Below are positions 1 through 9,385 of a stretch of DNA of 64,000 bases, piece after piece (positions within the stretch are counted from its first letter, which is position 1; every line of letters starts with the position of its first letter). Origin of the DNA: a virus. Below the pieces are notes generated by a model that saw only the letters and a program-made list of their open reading frames with translations, was not told the DNA's origin and ran no database searches. The stretch covers positions 11,026 through 75,025 of IMG/VR virus record IMGVR_UViG_3300044710_000080; one strand, written 5' to 3'. The position numbers and the translations under genes were made by a program.

Positions 1-279
1 CGCGTTCGCCCCACCCTGGAGCCGGAAGTAGGGGAGGCCGAATATCGTCTGGTGCTTCGTCGCGTTGCCGTTGCCGTCGACCATGTTCACAAGTGGCGTC
101 ACGTCGACAGTCCCGATCGGCGAGAGGCCGCCCGAGGTCGAGACCGCCATCACCTCGACGGGGATCGCCGTGCGTACTTCCGCGAGCGCCTGACGGATAA
201 GGAACCGTAGAACATTGTAACGGGAACCCGCATCGCCGGGCTGCATGAAACCGTAACCGAATGTGTTGTCTTCGGTCAC
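1..279 (-). CDS. Baseplate spike / Gp138-like protein, N-terminal part (runs off the window start)
   Basis: Own translation from GTG at 279: MTEDNTFGYGFMQPGDAGSRYNVLRFLIRQALAEVRTAIPVEVMAV...GTVDVTPLVNMVDG...IFGLPYFRLQGGANA. This is the typical N-terminus of this spike family, and it lies downstream of the hub gene. Confidence 0.75.
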   Translation of the reverse strand, partial: MTEDNTFGYGFMQPGDAGSRYNVLRFLIRQALAEVRTAIPVEVMAVSTSGGLSPIGTVDVTPLVNMVDGNGNATKHQTIFGLPYFRLQGGANA

Positions 280-386
280 TTCGTGGGTTCCGATGTGGAT
301 TTTACCAAGTCGAACATACGACTTCCATACCACCCGAACACAAACCCGATAATTGCCGAGGTGAAAGCGACTGATGCTATTAGCAT
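276..386 (-). CDS. Small putative membrane protein (36 aa)
   Basis: MLIASVAFTSAIIGFVFGWYGSRMFDLVKSTSEPTK. Its stop overlaps the next GTG (GTGA). AT-richer than the flanks. Confidence 0.4.
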   Translation of the reverse strand: MLIASVAFTSAIIGFVFGWYGSRMFDLVKSTSEPTK

Positions 387-625
387 TGCGTCCTCCGAAT
401 CAATGCATCCTCTTTCTCAAGATAGTCACGAATGACGGGGACTGAGAACCTGTCCATGCAGAGCGCCATTTGGTGGATTATTTCCTTCATCCACTCCTCT
501 TCATTGGGGGCTGCCTTGATAAAGTCCTCAGCTTTGAACTCCATGACTATTTGTTTTTTCTCGTTGAGGATTGATATTTTTGTCTCGACATCCTCAATAT
601 CGAAAATAAGTTTCAATGTGGTCAT
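380..625 (-). CDS. Hypothetical protein, AT-rich insert
   Basis: ATG at 625 overlaps the stop of the hub gene (ATGA); MTTLKLIFDIEDV... Confidence 0.5.
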   Translation of the reverse strand: MTTLKLIFDIEDVETKISILNEKKQIVMEFKAEDFIKAAPNEEEWMKEIIHQMALCMDRFSVPVIRDYLEKEDALIRRTQC

Positions 626-1596
626 TGCTGCACCGGCGTCACGAAGGGTTGCGGGAACGAGGGGTTCCACGTCTCGATCGTCGTCTGCCACTTCCCACGC
701 GGGACGAGCGTGTCGATGTCGTGGTCAATTCCGTAGATGCGCCACGTCCCGCCAGCGGGCTGACTTGGCGCATTATTTGGATTCGGTTGTCCGGTACTAT
801 TGAGGATGCTGCTTTGCACCTGGACATCGCCCATCATGCGCAGCGTCGGATCGAAGACGGTCCGCAGTTTCAGGCCAAACTCTGTGAAGGTCGGGTAGCC
901 GATCATCTGCCCAGCCGGCGGCGGCGCGATGATCGGAGCCGAACCGTTCCGCGCCTTGCCCTTCGGCACCAGGATCACCGTGTTATTGTCGACCGTCCAA
1001 TCGCAGCCAGCGGCCGTCGCACACGCCTGAATCTGACTCCGTGGCGAGCCGTAGAAGTACGGGCTCGAGAGTTTCGCGGAGACGCCGTTGTTCTCGAATG
1101 TGTAATTTGGCATCTGTGCGACGATGCCTTTAATGACTTGCGCGGCATCTGCGGTGCCCTTCACCGATGTAGGCGCGAGCGCCACCACGGACTGATCGCC
1201 CATCGCCTGTGCCGAGACGTGAAAGCCGACGTCGGGCATCTGTGAGAAGTCAGCCCATGCCTGGAGCACCGTGCCGATGAAGACGGTCGGAAGTCCCGCA
1301 TTTGCGTCGCCGGCCTTGAGCGTGACGGTGTTCCCCGCGACGAGTTGGTAGCGGATGCCGAGCGTCGCGAGTTGATTCATCAGCGAGAGCGTCATCCCGT
1401 AGATCGTCATCTCGAGCATGCCGAGACCTGGCGTCGCCATCTTCAGACACTTCGCTGAGATGCGCAGACCGCCCTGACCGACAGAGGTCGCCGCCTGAAG
1501 CGTGACCGAGTTAGTCCCGCTCTCGTTGAACGATTGAATCCGTCCGCCAGGCGTGAGCGTGAACTGTACCTCTATGAGGCGCTGGACGAGGGCCAC
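622..1596 (-). CDS. Baseplate hub protein
   Basis: 324 aa with IYGMTLSLMN, VFIGTV..AWADF..MPDV, FENNGV, GYPTF motifs; position in the tail operon. Confidence 0.75.
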   Translation of the reverse strand: MALVQRLIEVQFTLTPGGRIQSFNESGTNSVTLQAATSVGQGGLRISAKCLKMATPGLGMLEMTIYGMTLSLMNQLATLGIRYQLVAGNTVTLKAGDANAGLPTVFIGTVLQAWADFSQMPDVGFHVSAQAMGDQSVVALAPTSVKGTADAAQVIKGIVAQMPNYTFENNGVSAKLSSPYFYGSPRSQIQACATAAGCDWTVDNNTVILVPKGKARNGSAPIIAPPPAGQMIGYPTFTEFGLKLRTVFDPTLRMMGDVQVQSSILNSTGQPNPNNAPSQPAGGTWRIYGIDHDIDTLVPRGKWQTTIETWNPSFPQPFVTPVQQ

Positions 1597-1597
1597 G

Positions 1598-1936
1598 TCA
1601 CGCCTCCTCCGCGAAGAGCTTCTGCGTCAGTGCGGCGAGGTCGGCAGGAAAGAGATAGGCGAGCGAATATCGCGCCCCGAGTCCCGTGTAGTACGGGTTT
1701 AACGATCCTTGATTATCGAGGAAGACCAAGTCCCCGACGAAGCCGAGATAGAGTTGCCGCACGATCAAATTGAGATTCAAACAAATCGCGCCGGTGATGA
1801 TCTGCGTCCCGGCGACGGACAAATCCAAAAACAGCCCATAAAATTTCTGATAGATCGCGATCTGACAATCCTGCCCGTTGAGTTGGACGCCGACGGTCTG
1901 CGAGGGGAGGGCCTGTACAGGCACAATGAGGGGCAT
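1598..1936 (-). CDS. Small baseplate (plug-type) protein
   Basis: VPVQALPSQTVGVQLNGQDC..IYQK..GLFLDL..LGFVGDLVFLD..GLGARY; synteny. Confidence 0.65.
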   Translation of the reverse strand: MPLIVPVQALPSQTVGVQLNGQDCQIAIYQKFYGLFLDLSVAGTQIITGAICLNLNLIVRQLYLGFVGDLVFLDNQGSLNPYYTGLGARYSLAYLFPADLAALTQKLFAEEA

Positions 1937-1937
1937 G

Positions 1938-2534
1938 TCACGTCGCCCCCTGGAGTTCGGTCGTCTGCTGCGGGGTCGCCGCCTGCGGCTGGACCTGGCC
2001 GACGGCCTGCGGGTTGGAGCTCGACGGCGATTGCGTGAAGGTCTGCGTCGCGCTCACCCGTACTTGGATGAGCCATACATCGACAACCATCAGGCCGAGC
2101 CCGCGTGCCGCCTCCCGGTGGTAATCGTAGTGCCCAACGTTGACGCTCTGGTAAATTACCTCCGGGGTGACGACGTCGTAGAGGTTCAAGTCGCCCGCAA
2201 TCGCGGCAATCGAATTGAGAAGCGCCTGCCGGTTCGCAGCCGAGCCTCCCGCGGAGAACCTCACCCGCGCCTCGAAGGGCGTCTGCACCTTGTCGTAGGA
2301 TTCGAACGCGCCCATCTCGACCGGGTAGTTCGAGATCGTCCATTCCTGCTTGAAGTCGAGCGCGACGACCGAGTCGGCGACAATCACCGGTACGCCGCTG
2401 AGGAAGATGCCCCACTGCGGCGCGAGCAGGCCGCCGAGCAAGGTGACGGCATCCGCCGCGAGCAGCGAGATCGTGCTCGTCGCGAAGGACGAGAGCGGGG
2501 GCACCCCAGGAACATTCGGCACATTTGCCATCAC
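1938..2534 (-). CDS. Baseplate / tail-tube initiator (Dit-like) protein
   Basis: ISNYPVEMGAFESYDKVQTPF, LYDVVTPE motifs; directly downstream of the tape measure. Confidence 0.65.
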   Translation of the reverse strand: MMANVPNVPGVPPLSSFATSTISLLAADAVTLLGGLLAPQWGIFLSGVPVIVADSVVALDFKQEWTISNYPVEMGAFESYDKVQTPFEARVRFSAGGSAANRQALLNSIAAIAGDLNLYDVVTPEVIYQSVNVGHYDYHREAARGLGLMVVDVWLIQVRVSATQTFTQSPSSSNPQAVGQVQPQAATPQQTTELQGAT

Positions 2535-4027
2535 TGCATCCCGGTATTCGCCATCGCCGCCACCGCAGCATCACGGAACGCGCCCTGGAACGTGTCGGTT
2601 GCGACGCCGGAGAGATCGGCTGCCGTCGAGGTGACGTTGATGTTCCCGATGGTGACGGTCGAGCCTGCGCCGCCTCGAGCGCCGCCCTTGCCGATACCGG
2701 CGAACTGCGCTCCTTTCCATCCATGCCACGGTCCCCAGCCGCCAGAGGCCGCCTGATCGAGCGCGAAGTCGATCTGTTGGTGCACCGTCGAGGGGTCGCG
2801 CGCGTCGAGGCCGGTCTGCCGCGTGAAGACGTCGCCGAGCCCGGAGGTCGCCATGCCGCCACCGGCAATCCCGCCGTAGTGGAGTTGAAACGGCCCGAAG
2901 GAGGAACCGCGGTCGCCAACATAACTGTAAAGACCTTCACTGCGGGCAACAGCAAGCGCAATCTGCGGATCAATTCCTCGCGCTGTTGCGGCCTTCCTAA
3001 TATACGCTTCGACCCCATGGGCGTCATAGCCGGCACCACCGGATGGCCATGAAGATGATGCCGTAGGAGTGAATCCGAAGCGACTCCCGCCGCCGCCGAA
3101 CATCCAGCGCCACGCATCGCCGACCGTTGGCGTCATCAGCATGTTTCCAAAGTTCGTCGTCAGGTCTCCAACTGTTTCATTCTCACGCCGATTGAGGAAT
3201 CCGGTTACGTCCCACTTCGAGAAAAACGCCGTCAAATCATCGAAAAGCTTCTGGAGTTTCGGCGATGCCCAGTCGGCCATGATGCGGCCGATGTTCCGCG
3301 CGGCTCCCTCCATCAACGCCCATGACTTCTGCATTTCCGCAGCATGTCGCGCCTGCTCCGCAGTGAGTACGCCGATCGCTCGCGCCTGCTGCAGTCGCTC
3401 ATTGAGGCCAGCCCCGCCGAGCGAGACGAGATCGAGCCCGGACCTACCGGCACCGATCATCGACATGAACTCGGCGAGCCGCGCCGGCTCCATTCCCGCC
3501 CGCCGCTCAGCGATCATTCGGAAGATTGCGTCCGGGCTCATGCCGAGCACATTGACGCCGGGAAGTAGCGACCGCAACGCGCCTATTGCTGGCGCCGGCA
3601 GGCCCATCTGAAATCGCGTCATCTCGGAGCGGAGATTCTGGAACGACTGCCTGATTTCGCCCTCGGCTGCTCCGACCGTGCGCGCGGCGTTCTCCCACTG
3701 CGAGAGAACTTCGACCGGCATTTCAAGATAGCGTGCCGTGCGGCCGGCGGCCGAATCAACCTGCGCAAAACTGGTGAGTATCCTCTCGATGCCGAGGCCG
3801 CCGAGGAAGATCGACGCTAGTTTGAGCGCCTGCGTCTGGAGCATCTGAATGGATTCTCCGCCCCGCTTTGCCAATGCCTCCCACTCGGTTGCGCCCTTCT
3901 GCGCCGCCTCGCGCGTCTTCGCGATCGAGGATTCGGCCTCGCGCTGGCCCGCGTGCCATTTCGTGGGGTCCAAGCCTAGTTCGACCACAAGCGCGTCGAT
4001 CACGGTCGGAATCGTCGCCTCCCTCAA
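2531..4027 (-). CDS. Tape measure protein with C-terminal lysozyme/lytic transglycosylase-like domain
   Basis: N-terminal IDALVVELGLD, helical body, and C-terminal ARGIDPQIALAVARSEG...SFGPFQL..QIDFAL..GWGPW; follows the chaperone genes. Confidence 0.75.
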   Translation of the reverse strand: MREATIPTVIDALVVELGLDPTKWHAGQREAESSIAKTREAAQKGATEWEALAKRGGESIQMLQTQALKLASIFLGGLGIERILTSFAQVDSAAGRTARYLEMPVEVLSQWENAARTVGAAEGEIRQSFQNLRSEMTRFQMGLPAPAIGALRSLLPGVNVLGMSPDAIFRMIAERRAGMEPARLAEFMSMIGAGRSGLDLVSLGGAGLNERLQQARAIGVLTAEQARHAAEMQKSWALMEGAARNIGRIMADWASPKLQKLFDDLTAFFSKWDVTGFLNRRENETVGDLTTNFGNMLMTPTVGDAWRWMFGGGGSRFGFTPTASSSWPSGGAGYDAHGVEAYIRKAATARGIDPQIALAVARSEGLYSYVGDRGSSFGPFQLHYGGIAGGGMATSGLGDVFTRQTGLDARDPSTVHQQIDFALDQAASGGWGPWHGWKGAQFAGIGKGGARGGAGSTVTIGNINVTSTAADLSGVATDTFQGAFRDAAVAAMANTGMQ

Positions 4028-4161
4028 TCCTCATCACGCTGACTCAGAAGCTTTTCATTTTGCGCATCGACCACCACGATCTCGATCAGATCGTATAAGT
4101 CTTCCGTCGAATAGACCGTGTCGAGCTCATGCAGCGTCGCCTTCCCGGTCGAGACGATCAT
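4024..4161 (-). CDS. Tail assembly chaperone extension (second ORF of a frameshifted pair)
   Basis: MIVSTGKATLHELDTVYSTEDLYDLIEIVVVDAQNE; open in the -1 frame back to the slippery heptamer at 4251-4257. Confidence 0.7.
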   Translation of the reverse strand: MIVSTGKATLHELDTVYSTEDLYDLIEIVVVDAQNEKLLSQRDED

Positions 4162-4673
4162 TCCGATTGATTGCTCGACGTTTGGGTATTCAACGAGGTC
4201 ACCGTGGCCGACGCTATCTCCGCCAATTTCGAGACGACGTCGGCCGGCGTAAAACCCACATGCAACACGAAAACCTCGTTTCTCAACTTGAGCCGGGTCG
4301 TGATTTCCTCAATGTCATCGCCCTCCTGGCCGAGATCGACGAGGGCGCGCGCAATTTCGGGATGCGCTTGATTCGGCATCACTTTCACACACGTCATCAT
4401 CTCGTCTATCAGCGGATCCGCGTCCTCTGAGCGCATCGAGCCGAGCATCTTGATCCCGACGAAAAGAACGCCGATCACGCCGAGGCGCATGATTTCTGGG
4501 GGAACCTCGACGCCAGCGCGACCTAGCGCGGTGAAGAACTTCACTCCCCACTTCTCCGCTGGACGCGAAGCCATCTCGGTCAAAAGAAAGCACTTACCAT
4601 GATCGCGGTTGTAGTCCGGCGCTTTCTCGTCCGCGCTCCCGTCCGTGATCTGGACGATTTTCGTTTTCCGCAT
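4158..4673 (-). CDS. Tail assembly chaperone
   Basis: RDHGKCFLLTEM..AEKW..DDIEEITTRLKLRNEVFVLHVGF; lies between the tube and tape measure genes. Confidence 0.75.
   Translation of the reverse strand: MRKTKIVQITDGSADEKAPDYNRDHGKCFLLTEMASRPAEKWGVKFFTALGRAGVEVPPEIMRLGVIGVLFVGIKMLGSMRSEDADPLIDEMMTCVKVMPNQAHPEIARALVDLGQEGDDIEEITTRLKLRNEVFVLHVGFTPADVVSKLAEIASATVTSLNTQTSSNQSE
4251..4257 (-). promoter_or_regulatory. Programmed -1 ribosomal frameshift site G GGT TTT
   Basis: X XXY YYZ heptamer in the correct phase within the chaperone ORF; the -1 frame joins the downstream ORF. Confidence 0.7.
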
Positions 4674-4677
4674 CGCA

Positions 4678-5109
4678 TCACGCCGCCGCCGGGAGGATCG
4701 ACTGCCAGGTGATGCCGAACTGCTGCGGTTGAAGCAGCCGCTTCGCGTCGGGCGTCGGCTTGTAGCGCCGCAACACGCCTTTCGTCATCGCCCACTTCTT
4801 GCCGATCGGCTTGAGGATCGTCACCCCCTGCGCGTAGAACAAATCCTGGATTTGCTGCTGCGTCGCCCACCAAGTATCGAAGATGAACGTCGAGGGCGAA
4901 TCCGCCTGCAGCCGGAAGTTCTGCTCCACCGGCACATAGACGAAGCCGGCCGAGAGGACGCCATCGACGCCCATCATCACCTCGGCCGATTCCAGTTCGT
5001 TCGTGGTGAAGACATCGTCCACCGCGAAGCCTTGGAGCTGCTGCGGCGAGGAGAAGAGGCCGGGGATCATGATAGTGACAATTGCGGTGGCACCCGTGAT
5101 CGAGGCCAT
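4678..5109 (-). CDS. Tail tube protein
   Basis: 143 aa, LQGFAVDD..MGVDG.LSAGF..LQADSPS; downstream of the sheath. Confidence 0.75.
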   Translation of the reverse strand: MASITGATAIVTIMIPGLFSSPQQLQGFAVDDVFTTNELESAEVMMGVDGVLSAGFVYVPVEQNFRLQADSPSTFIFDTWWATQQQIQDLFYAQGVTILKPIGKKWAMTKGVLRRYKPTPDAKRLLQPQQFGITWQSILPAAA

Positions 5110-5136
5110 TTGTTTGCTCCTTTCCTATCTGTCGAC

Positions 5137-6927
5137 CTATTGCAACTCGATCGACGAAAGCTGAATGGCTTGCACCGACTGGCCATCACAATACCAGAAG
5201 GCGACCGGGGGCGATTGTCGCGCCGCGCGGACCTGGGGTGACGCCGGAAGCGTTTGTAAATACCACCCGCGTTGCTGGAGGGTCGGCGCAACGTTCGCCC
5301 CCGCCTGGTTGTTGACATTTGCGGTCTGCGCTGCCGAGAGCGTCACGCCGGCGCGGATCGCCCCGAAGTTCACCCCCGCATTGATCGGTCCGGTGAGCGA
5401 TGCCTCGATCAGAGAATTGCCCGACGGGTTGTAGGGGATCGAGCCGACGCTCACGAGCAGATTGAGCAGCGCGAGCTGGAATTGATTGTTGAGCCAGATC
5501 TGGTCGACGAAGCTGTCGATCCAGGAGAACGGCCCCGAGATCGAACCGGGCGCGAAGAAGATGAAATTCTGCGCCGCCGTGCCGACCGCCGCATAGCAGT
5601 TGTAGCCGTTCGCAACTAGATTCTGATATGCGAGTTGCGCCGTCACCCCCGCGACAAGACCGGACTGCGAACGGCCTTGGAGTGTCTGCCGCCCATTCGG
5701 CTGCTCGAAGTCGATCGAGGCGATGGCACCGCACACGAAAGCGGCGAGGTTCTGGTCGGACGGCTCGTAGACGAGCACAGTCCCCGAGTAGTTCGATCCG
5801 TTCGGCCCGACCAGATAGCCCATGCTGTTCGTCGCCGGCACCGTGGTCGTCGGGTTGATGTCGGTGTCCCAGCAGACGAAGACGTAGCGGTTGTTCTGCC
5901 CGTTCGCCCACGCTGCGAAGGCAAGTTTTTGCGTCGCCGGCGTCACCCCGCCGTCAGGATCAAATCCGAGCATGAAAGTCGCCCAGTTCTGAGTGATCTG
6001 GACGATTGCGTTCATGAAGGCTGCCGGCGTGGCCGCCGCGGCACCCTGCGAGAGCACCGCCCCGGTGAGCGAGGTCAGCTGCAGCGCAGCCGATGCGCCA
6101 GTCCCGCCGGCAAGCGTCCCGGTTGCAAACGCCGAAGTCGAGGGCGCCCCGGTTATCCCTGAGGTGATGATGAAGGCCCCGGAGACCGAATCGTAAGTCA
6201 CGACCACCGGCGTCGGCTCGAGCGTGATCGGTGACGACGACATGGTCTGGTTGACGCTGACCCCGTAGGTGCCCGTCCCGCCGGCCGTGCCGGTGATCTG
6301 CGAGAGAACCACAGTGCTCGCCGCGACCCCGGTGCCGATCACAGTCTGCCCGATGGCGATGTTGTTCCCGGAGATGCCGGTCACCGTCATCGTCCCGCCG
6401 GTGATGGTGGCGGTCCCGGTCGCCAGGATGATCGGGTTGCCGTTGAGTCCGGTCTGGATCAGCGCCGCAGCCGCCGAGAAACTCGCCGCGCCGGAAAGGA
6501 CGATCGAGGAGGCGACGCGCGCGTAGCCATCCATCGTCACCGAGAGCGAGCCGGAGAGGGCCTGCAGCTGCGCCAACGTGAGCGCCGCGACGCTCGCCCC
6601 GCGCAAATAGGCCGCGGCCGCCGAGGTATTGTATTGGGCGAATAGGACCGAGCCGGGTTTCACCAGCGAATTGTCGAAGCCGCCGAAGTAGCCGCTGCCG
6701 AGCCCGGAGCCGCCGCCTGCGATCTGCGCCTCCTTCGAGGAAGCACCGAAGAAACTCGCCACCGAGGCCGCAGAACCGAAGGCCTGGACCGTCGGGGTGT
6801 TCGTGCCCGAGAGCGGAACCCGCGTGCTGGTCGTCAGGATCAGCCCGATCAGGTCGAGCTCTGCCCCGCCCGCGCTGATGACGCTCGGCGTGACGTTGAC
6901 AAAGGTGGAGGCCGGGATCGTGGTCAT
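5137..6927 (-). CDS. Tail sheath protein (DUF3383 family) with an inserted beta module
   Basis: IPAS.FVNVTPSVISAGG, YFGGFDNS, AAYLRG, QNWATF, WIDSFVDQIWLNNQFQ, SIPYN..G, FWYCDGQSVQ. Confidence 0.85.
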   Translation of the reverse strand: MTTIPASTFVNVTPSVISAGGAELDLIGLILTTSTRVPLSGTNTPTVQAFGSAASVASFFGASSKEAQIAGGGSGLGSGYFGGFDNSLVKPGSVLFAQYNTSAAAAYLRGASVAALTLAQLQALSGSLSVTMDGYARVASSIVLSGAASFSAAAALIQTGLNGNPIILATGTATITGGTMTVTGISGNNIAIGQTVIGTGVAASTVVLSQITGTAGGTGTYGVSVNQTMSSSPITLEPTPVVVTYDSVSGAFIITSGITGAPSTSAFATGTLAGGTGASAALQLTSLTGAVLSQGAAAATPAAFMNAIVQITQNWATFMLGFDPDGGVTPATQKLAFAAWANGQNNRYVFVCWDTDINPTTTVPATNSMGYLVGPNGSNYSGTVLVYEPSDQNLAAFVCGAIASIDFEQPNGRQTLQGRSQSGLVAGVTAQLAYQNLVANGYNCYAAVGTAAQNFIFFAPGSISGPFSWIDSFVDQIWLNNQFQLALLNLLVSVGSIPYNPSGNSLIEASLTGPINAGVNFGAIRAGVTLSAAQTANVNNQAGANVAPTLQQRGWYLQTLPASPQVRAARQSPPVAFWYCDGQSVQAIQLSSIELQ

Positions 6928-7004
6928 GTGATCTCCTCGGCCAAGGCTGGCCATAGGTTGCTACTTGGCTTAAGATGCCGCTGCACTGGGGATCGAAAAC
7001 TGCC

Positions 7005-7649
7005 ATGATTACTAAGACTTGCACCGATTGCGGCGCCACCAAACCACTTGATCTTTTCAGCAAGCGGAATCGATCGAAGGATGGGAAAAGATCTTACTGC
7101 AAGGACTGCGGCGCACGACAAACAAGAGACTGGGTCAGCCGGAATAAGGAGAAAAAACGCAAAGCAGACGCAGATTACAACATTAAAAATCATGCGAAGG
7201 TCAAGGCTACAAGATTGAAGTGGCTGGAGAAACATCCAAACTACAATCGCGATTATTACATACGCAACTTCGATAAAGATCGGGAGGCGGCCATTGAGCG
7301 AGCTCGACTCTATCGGAAAGCCAATCCTGGTAAAATCAATGCATGGTCGGCTGCCCGTCATGCTCGCGAACTTCGCGCTACGCCACCGTGGGTCGACCAT
7401 AAAGCGATTCAATCTTTTTACATTGAGGCAGCCCGCCTGACCCGGGAGACCGGCATCAAGCATCATGTCGACCACATTTATCCTCTCAAATCGAAGGTGA
7501 TGTGCGGCCTGCACTGCCAATTCAACTTGCAGATTCTCACCGCGAAGGAGAACCGATCCAAGTCCAATGTGCGATGGCCCGGTCATGGTATTTCTATCAG
7601 CGAGACATTGGCGGCGTCGGCAAATTGCAGAGGAAGCAATACTGCCTGA
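7005..7649 (+). CDS. HNH homing endonuclease with N-terminal Zn ribbon
   Basis: [47 protein letters not shown]; antisense to the tail operon and AT-richer. Confidence 0.85.
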   Translation: MITKTCTDCGATKPLDLFSKRNRSKDGKRSYCKDCGARQTRDWVSRNKEKKRKADADYNIKNHAKVKATRLKWLEKHPNYNRDYYIRNFDKDREAAIERARLYRKANPGKINAWSAARHARELRATPPWVDHKAIQSFYIEAARLTRETGIKHHVDHIYPLKSKVMCGLHCQFNLQILTAKENRSKSNVRWPGHGISISETLAASANCRGSNTA

Positions 7650-8320
7650 TTCGCTTGCATATGAGCTTCAACAACCCATCTCGTTTCCCACTGCTGCTCC
7701 GCATTGATGAATGGAATCTGCTTTGGGTCGTCCGCGTGGAGTGGTGTCACGCCCACGATGGGATTTCCTCCGCCGTCGAGCGCGGCCGCGAAGGCGTCAA
7801 CCCCGAACTGATCCCGGAACAAGGTCGTGATGATCTGGGCGTTGTCGGAACTGCCAGGTCCGTGCACGTCGAGCTGGAAGACGGCGTCGACCGGCTGGAG
7901 GAATGATTCGGCCCCGCACGACATGGTCTGGCTCGGCGACGTCTGGCTCGGAGCGACCAGGTACGTGCCCGTCCCGCCCGGAGTGCCGGTGAGTTGATTC
8001 GTGATCGTGGAGTTCACCGCGACCCCGGTGCCGAAGAGCGTTGCCCCGCTGCCGATGGTCCCGAGCCGCAGCGCGGAAACTGTCATCGTCGTCCCGGCGA
8101 TCGAGGCCGTGAAGGCTACGTCCGCGTAGGAATCGACGTTGGTCTCGATGCGGTCGCGGCGGAGCGGCCAGAAGACGACGAAGTCAGAAAACTGCGGCTC
8201 GGCAACCCGATTTGCCTGCCCAGCGACGATTTGACCAGCGGAAAATTGCGGGAGGGCGCTAAGGAGGAAGGCCCGAAGGGCGGTCTGCACGTTTGACGAC
8301 GTCGGAGCGACCGCGGTCAT
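7583..8320 (-). CDS. Neck / tail terminator protein with an inserted beta module
   Basis: [41 protein letters not shown]; upstream of the sheath. Confidence 0.75.
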   Translation of the reverse strand: MTAVAPTSSNVQTALRAFLLSALPQFSAGQIVAGQANRVAEPQFSDFVVFWPLRRDRIETNVDSYADVAFTASIAGTTMTVSALRLGTIGSGATLFGTGVAVNSTITNQLTGTPGGTGTYLVAPSQTSPSQTMSCGAESFLQPVDAVFQLDVHGPGSSDNAQIITTLFRDQFGVDAFAAALDGGGNPIVGVTPLHADDPKQIPFINAEQQWETRWVVEAHMQANQAVLLPLQFADAANVSLIEIP

Positions 8321-8411
8321 CCCCGGTTCCTGCCTGCGCTGAGGTGTGCGCGCACCTTACAGGCAAGAAGCCGTGCTTTACTACCGCACCAATTAGTGAC
8401 AGATGGCTACG

Positions 8412-8798
8412 TTATTTGTAGATGGAGGCGCTTATCACCCCAGAGGACGAAATGATCGAGAAGTTCGAAAGCGTCCCCGCGTACCAGATGCAGAATGGCT
8501 GTCCGGCGATGGCGCCGAGCGGAATGCCGGTGGTCCCGACTGCGGCCGTCCCGTCGTCACGCCAATAAGCGGCCGCCGATGTGCAGACCCATGCGTACTT
8601 GCCGGCAGGGCATGAGGCCCCGAGCGTCGCCGCCGAGGAAGGCGAAAACTGGCAGAAGCCGACCGGGACCACGGTGATGCCGGGCGAGCCGACTTGGGCA
8701 CGCGCGTCGTGAGTAGCTTCGCCGAAGAAAAAGCAAAGCATCGCCATGACCGCGACGAACCCGGGCATGAAGAAAAAGCTCCTCGTGATTCGCCTCAT
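8412..8798 (-). CDS. Small protein with N-terminal signal/TM segment and a WRDDGT beta domain
   Basis: Hydrophobic N-terminus ending ..ARAQ; YWRDDGTA..TTGIPL..WYAG.LS. Confidence 0.5.
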   Translation of the reverse strand: MRRITRSFFFMPGFVAVMAMLCFFFGEATHDARAQVGSPGITVVPVGFCQFSPSSAATLGASCPAGKYAWVCTSAAAYWRDDGTAAVGTTGIPLGAIAGQPFCIWYAGTLSNFSIISSSGVISASIYK

Positions 8799-8817
8799 CT
8801 TGATTTCCTTCTCGTTT

Positions 8818-9192
8818 TCAAGAGCCATCCTGGAGGACCGCGACGATCGAACACCAATCCGGCCACTGCTCAATGACCCGCGCCGTAAGATACACGTTCC
8901 CGTCGGAGAGCGTCAGGAGATCGCCGCCCTTACTCGAGACCCGGATGATCGCGTCAACCTCGCCGTTGAGGTAAATCTTGCGCATCGAGCCCTGGAGATT
9001 GAGGCCCTCGATCTGGCGCAGGTCGCGGTTCGAAAGGTCTTGGACTTGGGCGGTGACGGTCACAGGCGCCGCATAGGATGGGGTAGGGGTTCCGTCCAGC
9101 GCAATCGTCGAGCCTGTGCTAGTCCGTAGCGTCGCCGCCTGCATGGGGTTGACGGCGGAGATCGGTCCCGAAACGATTCCGTGCAGGTTCAC
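8818..9192 (-). CDS. Head closure / stopper protein
   Basis: MNLHGIV..I.AVNP..AQVQ.L..DL..IEGLNLQG..R.IYL.G...R...GGD..V.EQWPDWC. Confidence 0.75.
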   Translation of the reverse strand: MNLHGIVSGPISAVNPMQAATLRTSTGSTIALDGTPTPSYAAPVTVTAQVQDLSNRDLRQIEGLNLQGSMRKIYLNGEVDAIIRVSSKGGDLLTLSDGNVYLTARVIEQWPDWCSIVAVLQDGS

Positions 9193-9377
9193 GCGGCCTC
9201 CTTGCTGCAATGCAACCAATTTTCAATAGACCGCTCTGGATAGCCCGTAAGATTGGCGATGTCTGTCGTATCGAATTTGGCCTCCCGGAACCATAGCCGC
9301 ACGCGAAACGGCATATCGACCCGCGGCACGTAGAGCGGCTTGAAATTCCTGGAGACAGGAAGATGCACCCAAGCCAT
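9189..9377 (-). CDS. Small HTH-like protein
   Basis: FDTTDIANLTGYPERSIENWL. Confidence 0.4.
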   Translation of the reverse strand: MAWVHLPVSRNFKPLYVPRVDMPFRVRLWFREAKFDTTDIANLTGYPERSIENWLHCSKEAA

Positions 9378-9385
9378 TGCCGCTC

